64,000 nucleotides of DNA from Eledone cirrhosa (Eukaryota), in NCBI GenBank assembly GCA_964016885.1, contig OZ024757.1, positions 29,822,001-29,886,000 on the forward strand, given 5' to 3'. Below, one piece after another: positions 15,738 to 29,085 of the stretch. Positions within the stretch are counted from its first letter, which is position 1, and the number at the start of each line of letters is the position of its first letter. The position numbers were made by a program, and so were the translations under genes. The notes beneath the pieces were generated by a model. The model was given only the letters and a program-made list of their open reading frames with translations, ran no database searches and was not told the origin of the DNA.

Positions 15738-15910
15738 GACGGCTGAGCTCCGGCCGTTTCGACAGCCAGATCCGAACTAGCTGTCGAAAGGGCTGGAGCT
15801 CAGCCGTCGGGGTCCTGACTCTTTTCCTATTACCCACTCTGCTACCCTAAGTATCGAGTACTCTGGTACGTTATGATACACCTGGTTTTTTACCACACTT
15901 ACTTTCATTT
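15738..15910 (+). mobile_element. Fold-back element, family C (3' half of a hammerhead)
   Basis: GACGGCTGAGCTCC..TTTCGACAGC / GCTGTCGAAA..GGAGCTCAGCCGTC; tail GAGTACTCTGGT; related copies at 45876 and 63234. Confidence 0.8.
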
Positions 15911-16630
15911 TTTCCAATTCCAACCCGCCCGTCATACATTCTCATCATACAGTAGTTAGAAAAAAGTAACTATAGATTTGTTTAAAGTTTTTATTATATA
16001 TGATGGCTGTTGTCTATAACATGTAGTTTTAACTGACAATCTTGGCATTTATTGATATCAGAATGCCCGGATTTTACTCATCGATGAAACATTTATCAAT
16101 AAAATTTGATTATCTCACCAGCGACCTAATATCCACTTTATTATCACGAGCGATCTACTTTTCATCAGAGTTATGCACGATTCATCTCTTAAATGTCAAC
16201 AAGTAATATTGAACAATATATTGAACATGTATCTGCCCAGGCTGATATGAGGGGCTTATGTTTGAAACTAGGACAACAACGGAGATACTATATTTTGTCG
16301 CTCATAGAAAATATGATATCAAGCTACTGGAATCTCAACATATTTTCTCGAAGGTTCACTGAACAGAACATTCGAATTAATGACATATGGTTTTCTTTTG
16401 TATTGGTCGACAAGTATGAAATTTGTAGAGAAAAAACAAATTTCTACTAATTTCATACTTGACGACCCAATATACTGTATAGGGTGTTCAATTCAAAGAT
16501 ACAATGTTTATACAGATTCAAGAAGAATTACATTGGTTTTAGTAAAGAATGGCTGTAAAGATGATTTAAGCATTTCTGCACACTCTTTAGATATGGAGTG
16601 TGAGAACACATCAAGATGGACAACTGACGC

Positions 16631-17408
16631 TGTACACCACGTCCGAACACAGAAGAGCCGAACTCCCACTGTCATCGATTCCATCTCTCTCGCCCTCCCC
16701 ATCTCTCTCATGTACACCAGGTCCGAACACAGAAGAGCCGAACTCCCACTGTCATCGATTCTATCTCTCTCGCCTTCCCCATCTCTCTCATGTACACCAG
16801 GTCCGAACACAGAAGAGCCGAACTCCCACTGTCATCGATTCTATCTCTCTCGCCCTCCCCATCTCTCTCATGTACACCAGGTCCGAACACAGAAGAGCCG
16901 AACTCCCACTGTCATCGATTCTATCTCTCTCGCCCTCCCCATCTCTCTCATGTACACCAGGTCCGAACACAGAAGAGCCGAACTCCCACTGTCATCGATT
17001 CTATCTCTCTCGCCCTCCCCATCTCTCTCATGTACACCAGGTCCGAACACAGAAGAGCCGAACTCCCACTGTCATCGATTCTATCTCTCTCGCCCTCCCC
17101 ATCTCTCTCATGTACACCAGGTCCGAACACAGAAGAGCCGAACTCCCACTGTCATCGATTCTATCTCTCTCGCCCTCCCCATCTCTCTCATGTACACCAG
17201 GTCCGAACACAGAAAAGCCGAACTCCCACTGTCATCGATTCTATCTCTCTCGCCCTCCCCATCTCTCTCATGTACACCAGGTCCGAACACAGAAGAGCCG
17301 AACTCCCACTGTCATCGATTCTATCTCTCTCGCCTTCCCATCTCTCTCATGTACACCAGGTCCGAACACAGAAGAGCCGAACTCCCACTGTCATCGCTTC
17401 CATCTCTG
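16631..17408. repeat. Homogeneous 80-bp tandem minisatellite, about 9.7 copies
   Basis: Unit GTCCGAACACAGAAGAGCCGAACTCCCACTGTCATCGATTCTATCTCTCTCGCCCTCCCCATCTCTCTCATGTACACCAG. Confidence 0.97.
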
Positions 17409-18204
17409 TATTATGAGCAAATGGGTGTAGACTCAACCATTCAAATAATTTTCTTTAATCCTCACCCTCTCACTCACACCTTTTCCACATCTTTGTAGCG
17501 ACATATTTTAGAAGTATAAGTAGGAAAATGACAGGGACTTCGAAATCTCAGCTTAATTGCTTCATGTTTGCGCAGGTGTGAGTCTTTGTGTTTGTATGTG
17601 CGCTTGTGTGTTTGTCTGTGTGCTTGTGTGTATGCTTGTGTGTATGCTTGTGTGTATGCTTGTGTGTATGTGTTTGTCTGTGTGTGCTTGTGTGTATGCT
17701 TGTGTGTATGTGTTTGTCTGTGTGTGCATGTGTGTGCATGTGTGTGCTTGTGTGTATGTGTGTGCATGTGTGTGCTTGTGTGTATGTGTTTGTCTGTGTG
17801 TGCATGTGTATGCTTGTGTGTGTGTGTGTGTGTTTGCATGTGTGTGTATTTGTTTGTGTGTGCATGAGTGTGTGTGTGTATTTGTTTGTGTGTGCGTGTG
17901 TTTGCCTGTGTGTGCATATGTGTGCTTGTGTGTTGGGGGAGGTATGTGTGTATGTGAACGCGCATGTATACTCTATCATTCAAATCATTTTCTCTAATGC
18001 TGACCCTCTCACTCACATGCTCACTCATCCATCCTCTTTCCCTCACACGCACTCACTCACTCTCTCACACACACTCACACTCTCTCTCTCTCTCCTCTTC
18101 CTCTGTCACTCTTCCTCACACATTCTCTCACTCTCACAATAGTTTTCTCGCTATATATCTGTCTTACCGTGTGGAATCAGGTCAGTGGAGTAGTGCAGTG
18201 GGTG

Positions 18205-19015
18205 AACGTGGTGGTGCTGGTGGTGTCGATAGTAGGGGTGGTGATGGTGGTTTCGTGGTGGTGTCGATGGAAGGGGTGGTGATGGTGGTGGTGTCGATAG
18301 TAGGGGTGGTGTCGATAGTAGAGGTGGTGATGGTGGTTTCATGGTGCTGGTGGTGTCTGTAGGGGTGGTGATGGTGGTTTTGTGGTGGTGGTGGTGGTGT
18401 CGATGGTAGGGATGATGATGGTGGTGGTGTCGATAGTAGGGGTGGTGATGGTGTCGATGGTATGGGTGGTGATGGTGGTTTCGTGGTGGTGGTGGTGTCG
18501 ATAGTAGGGGTGGTGATGGTAGGGGGGTGCTGGTGGTTTCATGGTGGTGGTGGTGGTGGTGTCGATAGTAGGGGTGGTGATGCTGATAGAGATCGTGATG
18601 ATGGTGGAGGTTGTGGCGATATTAGTTCGAAGGTGACGGTTGTGGTGGTATTGGTGATGGGATCAGCCGCAGCGGTAGAGGTTTGTTACTGATGTCGTTG
18701 AGGTGATGATGATGATTTGTAAGGTGGGGGTGATATTTGTGGAGATGCTCGTGGCATGCCTACAATGACGAAGATACTGATAATGATGATGATGATGATG
18801 ATGATGATAATGATGACGACGACGACGATGATGATGTTAATTGAAAGATATGATGATGATGATGATGGCGATGATAGGATGATGATGACAACAATGATGG
18901 TGATGTTGATAATCTAAAGATAATGTGATGCTGATGATGATGATGATGATGGTGTTAATCGAAAGATGATAGGGTGACGATGTTGATGATGGCGATGCTG
19001 ATGATATCGTGATGA
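18205..19015. repeat. (GGT)n/(GAT)n-rich low-complexity repeat
   Basis: Direct inspection; recurring GTGTCGATAGTAGGGGTGGTGATG subunit. Confidence 0.9.
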
Positions 19016-19601
19016 TAAAACGAAGATTATGTTATTTGTTATTTTTGTTGTTTTTATCTTGATTCATAAATAGAAATAATAGAATTCCCCCCAAACAATC
19101 ATTAAAACCTAACACAAAAACCTCAATCACTAATGCCCCTACACAATATTGCAGTCTTTAGATCTTTGTTACAATCTAATAATGACACTAATTCGGTAAT
19201 TATGGTTGGGTCTTGTGTCGTTTTAAGGAGGGCTCCGTAATAGTACATTGAACACGGGAGAGAGATAATAATAATAATAATTATAATAATAATACAGAAC
19301 AATATTTGCGAATGATTCCTGGTTTACTCTCTCTGCACGAGGTGCAAAAAATTGTTTTGACTGGTACTGCACACGTATTGAGAAGAGCACTATCTCTGTC
19401 AGATTGATATCCCTCCTTGTATTTACATATGCATATGTGAATATATGTATACTGTTTTTTTTTGTATTGTTTTTTTCTTAATTATAATCAATGTGCTGTA
19501 TTAACTGGCTTACCAATGCACACTGTGAATTTATTTGCCATAGGTGTCAGTAAGACACTAGGCATATATCTCAGGAACAATAATGAAAGAAAATAAAAAT
19601 G

Positions 19602-19640
<39 letters not shown>

Positions 19641-19646
19641 CACTTC

Positions 19647-19782
19647 AAAAGGCATGCTTGCAGGGAACTGCAAGAACCCTCCGACACGTCCTGAATATCT
19701 GAGGCTGCAGGTAGCGGCTTGATATTCATTTCAACAAACTTTCCAGTTAAATAACTGTTAAATCAATGACTGAGACTCAAAG
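19647..19782 (+). mobile_element. R4/Dong-like LINE extreme 3' end within (TAA)n
   Basis: Encodes KACLQGTARTLRHVLNI*, similar to R4-clade C-termini; flanked on both sides by (TAA)n. Confidence 0.65.
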
Positions 19783-19805
19783 AATAATAATAGTAATAAT
19801 AATAA

Positions 19806-20012
19806 TTGTTTCTACTTTTGGCACAAGGCCAACAAATACCCAGTACATTACTGGTACTTTATTTCATCGACACCATAAGGATGAAAGACAAAGTTAACCT
19901 CGGTGGGATTTGAACTAAGTCCGTAAAGGCACATAACTCTATGCTGGAAAGCATGGCGTCCGACCGGAAAGCATGGCGTCCGACCGTCTACCGATAATGC
20001 CAATACACCGCC
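19806..20012 (-). mobile_element. tRNA-derived SINE
   Basis: Reverse complement of the 2675 family; internal ~21-bp duplication GGAAAGCATGGCGTCCGACC. Confidence 0.8.
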
Positions 20013-20167
20013 CTAGTAATAATAATAATATTAGTAATAATAATAGTAGCTTCATTTATTGGCCACAAGGGCCGACATATAGGGGACAAACAGTAAACGG
20101 GGACAGTGGTGGTTTTACAAATTGTTTCTACTTTAGGCGCAAGGCCATCATAACAACAACAACAACA

Positions 20168-20222
<55 letters not shown>

Positions 20223-20225
<3 letters not shown>

Positions 20226-20332
20226 GGTGTCCCAAAAATGTATGCATATTTTGATTTTTGGTTACCTGGACAGGCAATATTTATTAGAATACAATGCACA
20301 ACCTTTGTGTATACATTTTTGGAGACACCCTG
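20223..20332. mobile_element. Tc1/mariner-type MITE
   Basis: TIRs CAGGGTGTCCCAAAAATGTATGCA / TGTATACATTTTTGGAGACACCCTG; preceded by TA. Confidence 0.8.
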
Positions 20333-20333
20333 C

Positions 20334-20367
<34 letters not shown>

Positions 20368-20617
20368 TTATATATATATATAATATATGGTTATATATAT
20401 ATATAATATATGGTTTTATATATATATAATATATGGTTTTATATATATATAATATATGGTTTTATATATATATAATATATGGTTTTATATATATATAATA
20501 TATGGTTTTATATATATATAATATATGGTTTTATATATATATAATATATGGTTTTATATATATATATATATGGTTATATATATATATATATATATGGTTA
20601 TATATATATATATATGG

Positions 20618-20665
<48 letters not shown>

Positions 20666-20753
20666 CTGCTGCGGGTAAAAATGAAACCAAAGCACAATCA
20701 ACAGATAATGTAAAAGCATATAAATATTTAAATTAACAGTTTGACATAATTTC

Positions 20754-20796
20754 GCACTACCATCGGTTTCAAGACGAAGTCACGTCATCAGGTGTA
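20754..20796 (-). ncRNA. Type I hammerhead, family D
   Basis: Minus strand: TACAC-CTGATGA-CGTGACTTCGTCTT-GAAA-CCGATGG-TA-GTGC; a 3'-half homologue lies at 53011-53045 (+). Confidence 0.65.
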
Positions 20797-21644
20797 TTTG
20801 GGAAAAGTATAACAAGGTACAGAATGGAGTTTGAAACCATACTATGCTCCTAAGGCCCTCCATTAGTTGGTTCAAGTCACGTGCTGGTTTTGACGAGTCA
20901 GCGACAGCACGAGGAAACTTGCTTCTTCTTGTTGTTATTAATTTCAGTAGATTCCAGTGATATCAGATTTGTGATCTACTTGATTAAACCAATAAATAAC
21001 CACAGGTTAATATTTCAATCATTCGTCACATACTCAAGATATCAAATTAAATTATTTTAATATTGATTTCTAAATTCGGCGTAAAGCCATCAAATCTTTG
21101 GAGGAAGGACAAAGTTGATTAAAGAAACCTCAATATTTGATAAGTACTTTATGTTACCGACCGCGGAAGAATTAAATGTAACGTTGACCCTAGTGGGATT
21201 TGAAAGCAGAATTTAAAATGCCGAGAATAACTACTGATTTCTACTATAGGCACAAGGCCAGAAATTTTTTTGGGGGGGAGCAAAGTCGATTAAATCGACC
21301 TCAGTGCATTACTCTGTATGTGTGTGTGTCAGTGCGCGTGCATGTATGTATGTGTGTGTGTGTATGCGTGTGTGTACGCGTATGTATACACACACACATG
21401 TATACAAACATACAATTGACCGCGGCGGGATTTGAACGTATATAGGACTTAGTAATATGTTCAATCTATGGCTGTTTAGATGCTAATCATACCTTCTGGT
21501 GAAGGCTCGCTTGGAGGAAGAGGATGGTTGATTACATAACCCATAGTACATGAGTGGTGTTTTATTTTATCAACCCTGGAAGTATAAATGACAAAATTGA
21601 CCTCGATCGGATATGAACCCAGAATATAAAGATTCAAAAGAAAT

Positions 21645-21870
21645 AATTGTTTCTACTTTAGGCACAACGCCAATAATTTGTGGTAAGGAATAGTCGATAA
21701 AATCGACCCCAGTGCGTTACTAATACTTTATTTTATCGACCCCGTAAGGACGAACGGCGAAGCTACCTTCGGCGGGATTTGAACTCAGAGAAGTAAAGGG
21801 CAATAACTCTATGGTGCAAAATAGCATTGTATCTGATGCTCTATCAATTCAGTGAATCCAACACATTTAA
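21645..21870 (-). mobile_element. tRNA-derived SINE (further decayed copies at 21060-21310 and 23143-23245)
   Basis: TTTATCGACCCCGTAAGGA..GGCGGGATTTGAACTCAG. Confidence 0.75.
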
Positions 21871-22092
21871 TATTGATATGAAATTGGAATCGATAACTCA
21901 CCAAGTGAATGTATTTAATTAGGTAGCTTACATATACTTGAAATTGCTAACTTGCTCGGTCTCTCATATTTCATGCTGATGTATATCAGAAATGTATGGA
22001 AGCCAATATAATGTATATTGTAATTACGGAAGGTTATAGGTTCTCTTTTCCTTCTATCTCAATTGCTTTCAATTTGGCTCAGAACAATATCA

Positions 22093-22560
22093 CTATATAT
22101 ATAACTATATATATAACTATATATATATATATATAACTATATATATAACTATATATATAACTATATATATAACTATATATATAACTATATATATAACTAT
22201 ATAACTATATATATAACTATATAACTATATATATAACTATATATATAACTATATATATAACTATATAACTATATATATAACTATATATATAACTATATAA
22301 CTATATATATAACTATATAACTATATATATAACTATATATATATATATAACTATATATAACTATATATATATATATAACTATATATATATAACTATATAT
22401 ATATATAACTATATATATATAACTATATATATATATAACTATATTTATATATATATATAACTATATATATATAACTATATTTATATATATATATAACTAT
22501 ATATATATATATATAACTATATATATATATATATATATAACTATATATATATATATATAT
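22093..22560. repeat. (TATATAAC)-type satellite
   Basis: Direct inspection. Confidence 0.9.
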
Positions 22561-22639
22561 ATTCGCCAGATTTAGGGCATGGACATTTATTTCAATTTTA
22601 GAAGTACACAAAGTTTTAAGGCAGTTGCCATGGCCGTTT

Positions 22640-23030
22640 CTTCTTCTTCGCCCACTTATTTCTGAGAAGGTCGTGGGGGAAGAACTCTCAAACATTCCTT
22701 CTCGCGGAACCTGTCCGAAACAACCGACTCCAGTTGATCCAGCTGGATCCCCAAGCGAGTCCAGCCAAGCGCATGTATGTTGTCCAACCATCTTGCTTGG
22801 GGGGTCTACTCCTGGGTCTCCTGCTAGTTGGTTTGCCCGTAAAATCTGTCCAGTGGTTCTTTCCTGAGATATTCTAACCACATGCCCATAGTATCGGAGC
22901 TGTAATCTCTCAATTCGGAGAAGTACCTGGAGTGACTCTCTGATCTAGAAGCTACGCACTTTATCGAGTAATGTTATTCCAAAGACCCTTCGGGGAATCC
23001 CATTTCAGTCACTTGCCATGACCCAGTGCT
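22640..23030 (-). mobile_element. Decayed RTE-like LINE 3' fragment (short related pieces at 54890-55005)
   Basis: RIERLQLRYYGHVVRISQER matches the LRWxGHVxR motif. Confidence 0.65.
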
Positions 23031-23849
23031 TGTTATTCTCTGAGTCTGAAAAGCATTTTTCAATTTCTATTTTAAACATTTTATGAGTGTTTTGAATCTT
23101 ATAACCATCATTTCCCATGTAAGTACAAGTATCATTTGTACATAATTGTTTCTACTTTTTGGCACAAGGCCAGCAATTACCCAGTGCATTACTGGTACTT
23201 TATTTTATCGACCCCGTAAGGATGAAAGGCAAAGTTAACCTCGGATACTCAATAGAAGTCAGTATTGGTATTTTCTGTCAAGGAGGCAGGATGAAAAATT
23301 AAAGTATTCCTTACACTATGTATTATAAAGGACGTCAGCTTATTTGGTGATCAATTTCGTAGAAATGCCTCGAACGATAATAAAAAGAAACCCTGCTTCG
23401 AAACAATGCAATATTTGATGAGCTGCCTTATAGCAAGGAAAGGGGCGCAGATGTCAGCATATGCCAAGAGCTGCAGAGATCTCAACTTGTGATACGGGAA
23501 GCTGGTTATAACCAGTTTGAGCCGTTCAAATGATTCAGAGAAAGATCACAACTTTCAAAAGGAAATAGGCATTAAAAATATATTAAAGTCACCTTGTATG
23601 TATGTAGAAGTGGTAAGAGGTGTTGTCGTGACATACAACGTAACTTTGGCGGGTTTGTTTAACCTAGCAGATTAACATCACCTCTTCAAGTTTGAACGCA
23701 GCCAGTTTCCTTCAAGAGAAGGAGAGAGAAAGTGAATTAAAGAAAGTGAATAAGAAGGAGTGAGAAAGAGATATAGATGAAGAATCGACTCCAGTATTGG
23801 ACTGGTACATTTGTTATCGACCTATCTATCAATGCCGGCAAGCAGGCCG

Positions 23850-24070
23850 CTATTCTGTCTTTAACCGTGTTCTCCAAAGCTCTCTATCTGTCACCAGCGC
23901 TCTGAGCTCTCCTATGCTATTTTCCAGCAGGTTATCAATGTAACTTCTTTCCCTTATACCCCAGTTTGTATATTCACCTGATGATTCGCACAAGACACGA
24001 TCACTTGCTATCACTTCGTGCTGACGAACGCAGTGACCTGTATATTTCATTCTCATCTGCCTTAGGTTTT
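23850..24070 (-). mobile_element. Decayed RTE LINE 3' fragment
   Basis: RMKYTGHCVR...SYIDNLL...LVTDRELWR. Confidence 0.7.
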
Positions 24071-24190
24071 GCGTTACTTACGAAATAGTTATGAAAGTTA
24101 TTGTCGGACAAGGGCGCATATTTCTGATAATACTAAAGAGCAAAGAAAATATAGCAAGGACATATTAGCAGGCGTCATTGCCGAAGTTGA

Positions 24191-24222
<32 letters not shown>

Positions 24223-24599
24223 GTGTTTGTACGAAACCCGATTTTTCGACTTTTGAAGCGTTGAGAATATATGTTTATTTAATATATATTTATATAAGTA
24301 TAAAGAAATTTCTAAAGCGCAGAAATGTTATAAAATAGAGTGAACACCCTTAAAAGACTGAAAAAGAATTTGCCAACGGCCGTTATGAGGAATTGAACCC
24401 TCTATATTCTAGATACAGGCTAGCTTGAGTACTTTCTTATATATATATATATAAGTATACACGCACACACAGACACATGTGGTGTGTGTGTGTGAATATA
24501 TACATATATATATATATAGAGAGAGAGAGAGAGTGAGCGGGAGATTAAAGATGCCTTTGATTGAAAAACCTTGGTTTTCTACAATTTATATATATATGC

Positions 24600-24643
<44 letters not shown>

Positions 24644-24959
24644 ATGGAGTGTAACATGAGGTTACTGTAAGCTCACCCACAGAGAGAGAGACACGTATTT
24701 AATATTACCTAAGTAATGATAAAAACTTGTCAACGAAGAATTAGAATTTATCTGAAATCCTGCTATTGACGTTCCAGATAAAATGGTCAGCGTGTGGTAG
24801 ATTAAGAATCCTGACTGATCTCCTTTGTCGGCGACGTATATGGACCTAAAGAAATGGCGTCTTGAAAGACACTCGCGACTTTTCCAATAAACTCCAATTG
24901 TTTCACACAGTCCATACTGAATATCTAGAAATAATTTTGAACGTAATTTAAATAGGAAT

Positions 24960-25030
24960 ATGACTGCATGATTAAGGAGTTCACTATATGACCATGTGGT
25001 TCCGGGTTCAGTCACGCTGCACAGAACGGT
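24960..25030 (+). mobile_element. SINE head remnant (second family)
   Basis: GACCATGTGGTTCCGGGTTCAGTC, B-box-like. Confidence 0.4.
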
Positions 25031-25142
25031 AATAAACACTGAAACAAGTAGAATCTAGCCTTTGCGCAGTAAGGATAAAAACACACACTGAGTAATTTAC
25101 TTTACCCGTCTGTCGCATCAAAGTCCTCTATTGCTTTTATTA

Positions 25143-25226
<84 letters not shown>

Positions 25227-25394
25227 AAGGGAAAACTTTACCTTACCTTGAATTTATTTGATCTGCACCATTAATAATCATAACAACACACTGAGCTTCT
25301 CAGCGTCTTGTTTCGACAAAAGCAAATGAATATCTCCATTTAGAAATCTTTCTACGCAATTATATATATATATATATATATATTTATTTATTTA

Positions 25395-25562
25395 TTTATT
25401 AAAATAACAGATTAAAGTTTAAGCAAAGAATCGCTGCTTTCACCCTTAAACTTTAATCTGTTATTTTAATAAATATTTGCTCTACGGTTCTTATATATTT
25501 GATATATATTTATCCTTATTGAGCCCTCTTTGGATTTTAGTCTTCAAATTTATTATTATTAC
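25395..25562 (+). mobile_element. Fold-back element, family E (no visible hammerhead); copies at 31915-32013 and 63474-63598
   Basis: 29-bp arms TTTATTAAAATAACAGATTAAAGTTTAAG and its reverse complement; tail GAGCCCTCTTTGGATTTTAGTCTTC. Confidence 0.75.
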
Positions 25563-25910
25563 TATATATGTATATGTAATTACATATATATGTATATGTA
25601 ATTGCCTTTGAGCGTGTATGTGTGTGAGAGAATGTATGTGAGTGTGGAGGTACGTTTAGAAAGCAATTTTGCATTTATATTATGATATATTATCTCTTTT
25701 TGAACTATTCATCTGATGTGTCTGAAGTAAGGCATATAAATATATCCCGACACACCATATCTCAATAATATTATGATGAATTGGAAGTCTTCGTCTACAC
25801 ATTAGCAGAACGTTATTTCTATCATCGTCTTTTTTTGTTTTTTTTTTGTTTAATAATCAGAATTGCTTACGCGAACAGTCAGGGGTTATACGCACAAGTA
25901 CATACACACA

Positions 25911-25979
<69 letters not shown>

Positions 25980-26109
25980 TAAAAAGGAAAAGAAAATGGT
26001 GACAAATTTTTCCCAGTGAAAAATAATTTCATTAGGAATAAGTATAAATTAGTAATAAGTATTAGTGTTCAGTTTTAGTTTTAAGTTTTTAAGATAGATA
26101 GATACAGAA

Positions 26110-26147
<38 letters not shown>

Positions 26148-26156
26148 TTTTTTTTT

Positions 26157-26477
26157 TTAGTTATGTAATAAACAACATAAGATAATTATTTCATTTACCA
26201 GTGGTTTCTTGAAGACAGATGTTGTGTCGTCAGAATGCCTTCAGTCGTCAGAATGAATAAAAAAAAACATGGTTTTTTATGGATTCAATCCATATTTAAT
26301 AAAATCACCATGTTTTTTATTCATTCTGACGACTGAAGACAGACACAACATCTGTCTTCAAGAAACCACTGGTAAATGAAATAATGATCTTATGTTGTTT
26401 ATTACATAACTAATAAGTTCTGTAGCCTACATAGAGCACTCTTTTTTCTTGTACCTTTCCGACGGAAATACTTTATT

Positions 26478-26480
<3 letters not shown>
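26157..26480 (+). mobile_element. Fold-back element, family F, with two head-to-head hammerheads and tail
   Basis: Arms ~26157-26275 and 26305-26413. Tail GAGCACTCT (26434) is also found alone at 48080-48148. Confidence 0.85.
26320..26380 (+). ncRNA. Intact-looking type I hammerhead
   Basis: TTCATT-CTGACGA-C-TGAAGACAGA CACAACA TCTGTCTTCA-A-GAAA-CCACTGG-TA-AATGAA; all three stems pair; GUA site. Confidence 0.85.
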
Positions 26481-26509
<29 letters not shown>

Positions 26510-26734
26510 CTAATATATATATATATAGAGGGAGAGAGAGAAAGAGGGAGAGAGGCGTGCATATATACACATATATATATACACGTGTGTGGGTATGTCA
26601 CTCTTACTCACACTTTCTCTCTCTCTCTCTATGAGATTTGATTCAGCTGATATTTGACATGATTTGCTGTGTTTTAAGTGAAACCAAGCCAGAACATTGC
26701 AGTTATGTTATTGTCACAAACATGATAGAATAAT

Positions 26735-26885
26735 GGATTGGTGGCAGAATTGGTAGAGCGCCAGATACACTGACATTTCACCATTAATTCTGACACTCTG
26801 AGTTTAAATCTCGCCGAAGTCAATTCACCTTTCATCCATGCTGTGTCTATAAAATAGTGCCAGTAAAGGACTGAGGGCGGGGTTT
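26735..26885 (+). mobile_element. tRNA-derived SINE, decayed
   Basis: TGGCAGAATTGGTAGAGCG A-box; GAGTTTAAATCTC B-box-like. Confidence 0.6.
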
Positions 26886-27744
26886 AATCACCTTCCAGTA
26901 CGAGTAAAAGATTCGGGATGTGGTTAAATCAACGTTTCACTCAAATTTGGCGAGTTTGTCCCGAAATTCAAGATTATTATCACAGCTAAGATATATAGAT
27001 ATACATGTCACCATTTTGAAATATTTTGCCATATGAATAATCATAAACAAAAACATAAAAATGCCTCTAAATGCGATTCGATAAAATACAGTACCAGTAA
27101 AGGGCTGGGGTGATTTAATTAACTTTTCCCTTCAGCCAAATATGGCGAGTTTATCACGAAATTAGAAATTATTATCACAGATAATAATTTCTAAATATGT
27201 ATAGATATAGTTGTCGCCATTTTGAAATATTTTGGCATGAATATTCATAAACACAAATATAGAAAGACCTCTAAAGGCTATTCGTTCTTCATTTATTACA
27301 TCGCTATTGAATTCAGCTGTCTTTTCCTTGTTTTTTCTAATCATTTTTCAATGCAAATCTATTTGTTGTCACTTCGTACACTCGACGAAAACAACAAGGG
27401 AGATATACAACTGTGCATAAATTTTCCGGGTATCTATCTTAATTAATAACTCATGATTAATGTAAAACTCTCTGTTAGCAATGGAATTATAATTATGGTA
27501 TGAAATCATAATGAAAACCTAAATAAAAGACACAAGCAAAATAATATATGGGAAACAGATGTTGGACAATGCATAAACCAATTTAATAGAGAAAAAATAT
27601 ATATAATAGTTGCAACACTGAGCAGTCGCCAATGTGTCGGACGGTGTTGCCCCTTATTCTATAAGGTACATCAATCTCTCTCCTCTCTTTCTCACACACA
27701 AAACACAACTCTCTTGCGTACTGTATATATATATAAACTTTAAT

Positions 27745-27782
<38 letters not shown>

Positions 27783-27794
27783 GTTAATATATAT

Positions 27795-27825
<31 letters not shown>

Positions 27826-27834
27826 AACGTTAAT

Positions 27835-27880
<46 letters not shown>

Positions 27881-27941
27881 GTTAATATATATATATATAT
27901 ATATATAAACGTTAATATATATATATATATATATATAAACG

Positions 27942-28020
<79 letters not shown>

Positions 28021-28069
28021 TATATATATATAAACGTTAATATATATATATATATAGAGAGAGAGATAT

Positions 28070-28245
28070 GTAGAGGTTATATTTAATTTGTTGGGATACA
28101 ACAAGCAAAATATTTATAAAACTAACCTATATTATATTTTATCTGATGAAAGCGCACCATAGTTTGCTCTGGTGGCCCTTGAAATATGTATAATGAAATA
28201 AATATGGTTTTATAAATATAGTTTCCATTTGTTAATATATTGTAT
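28070..28245 (+). mobile_element. Family B1 element with intact hammerhead (28135-28200), joined to an inverted tail
   Basis: TATTTTAT-CTGATGA(28143)-...CACCA..TGGTG..-GAAA(28181)-TATGTA-TA-ATGAAATA. Confidence 0.8.
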
Positions 28246-28504
28246 ATATTTATATATTTATATATATATACATACATTAATATATATAAACTTTAATAAT
28301 ATATATATATATATATATACAAACTTTAATAAAATGTCTCACCGTCTCTGAGACGGTGAGACATTGTAACAGCATACTGGTTCGTTCGTCTCTGGGTCAG
28401 AACATAAACACACACTTTTTTCTTCTCTTTTTTTTTAAACAAAGGAATTACCAAATTTCCTTTTTTAATACAAAAATAAGTCAAACGCTTTATATATGTG
28501 TGTG

Positions 28505-28548
<44 letters not shown>

Positions 28549-28572
28549 CACACACATATATATATATTATTT

Positions 28573-28989
28573 AAAAGTTAAACAAGGTTCAATGAATAAA
28601 TAAAAGAATGAGTTTTACAATCGATTGGAAGCACTCAACAGAATTGGTTTTCCAGTATTATTAATATTAATTCAAAATATTAACAAAATAAATATTCTTG
28701 TGATCAAGTATATTTTATTGTGATCAAGTATATTTTCAGAGGTACTGAGTTAAGTTCAACAGTACGTCCGCATCAGATAAAATAAGATGATACATGACAT
28801 GCCCTGACGTAGTAGATGGTTAAGATTCAGCCATGACTGAATCTTAACCATCTACTATGTCAGGGTATGCCATGTATCATCTTATTTTATCTGATGAGGA
28901 CGTACTGTTGAACTTAACTCAGTACCTCTGAAATATGTATAATAAAATATACTTGATCACAAGAATATCTATTTTGTTAATATTTTGAA

Positions 28990-28991
<2 letters not shown>
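28573..28991. mobile_element. Fold-back element, family B2; intact hammerhead on plus arm 28883-28949
   Basis: Arms ~28669-28830 and 28837-28991. TATTTTAT-CTGATGA-GGACGTACTG..CAGTACCTCT-GAAA-TATGTA-TA-ATAAAATA. Tail on the left with GAGTGCT (minus strand, 28630). Confidence 0.85.

Positions 28992-29085
<94 letters not shown>

Noticed and set aside
16631-17408. 80-bp repeat as a CRISPR array or repeat protein
   Set aside because: Units are contiguous with no unique spacers, and there are no cas genes. 80 is not a multiple of 3, so the open frames are incidental.
23330-23600. Possible Tc1/mariner transposase C-terminal remnant
   Set aside because: Only a faint resemblance with no intact motif; too decayed to call.
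27610-27675. Hairpins and a hammerhead-like spacing on the minus strand
   Set aside because: Too many core mismatches (TTGATGT, GCAAC).
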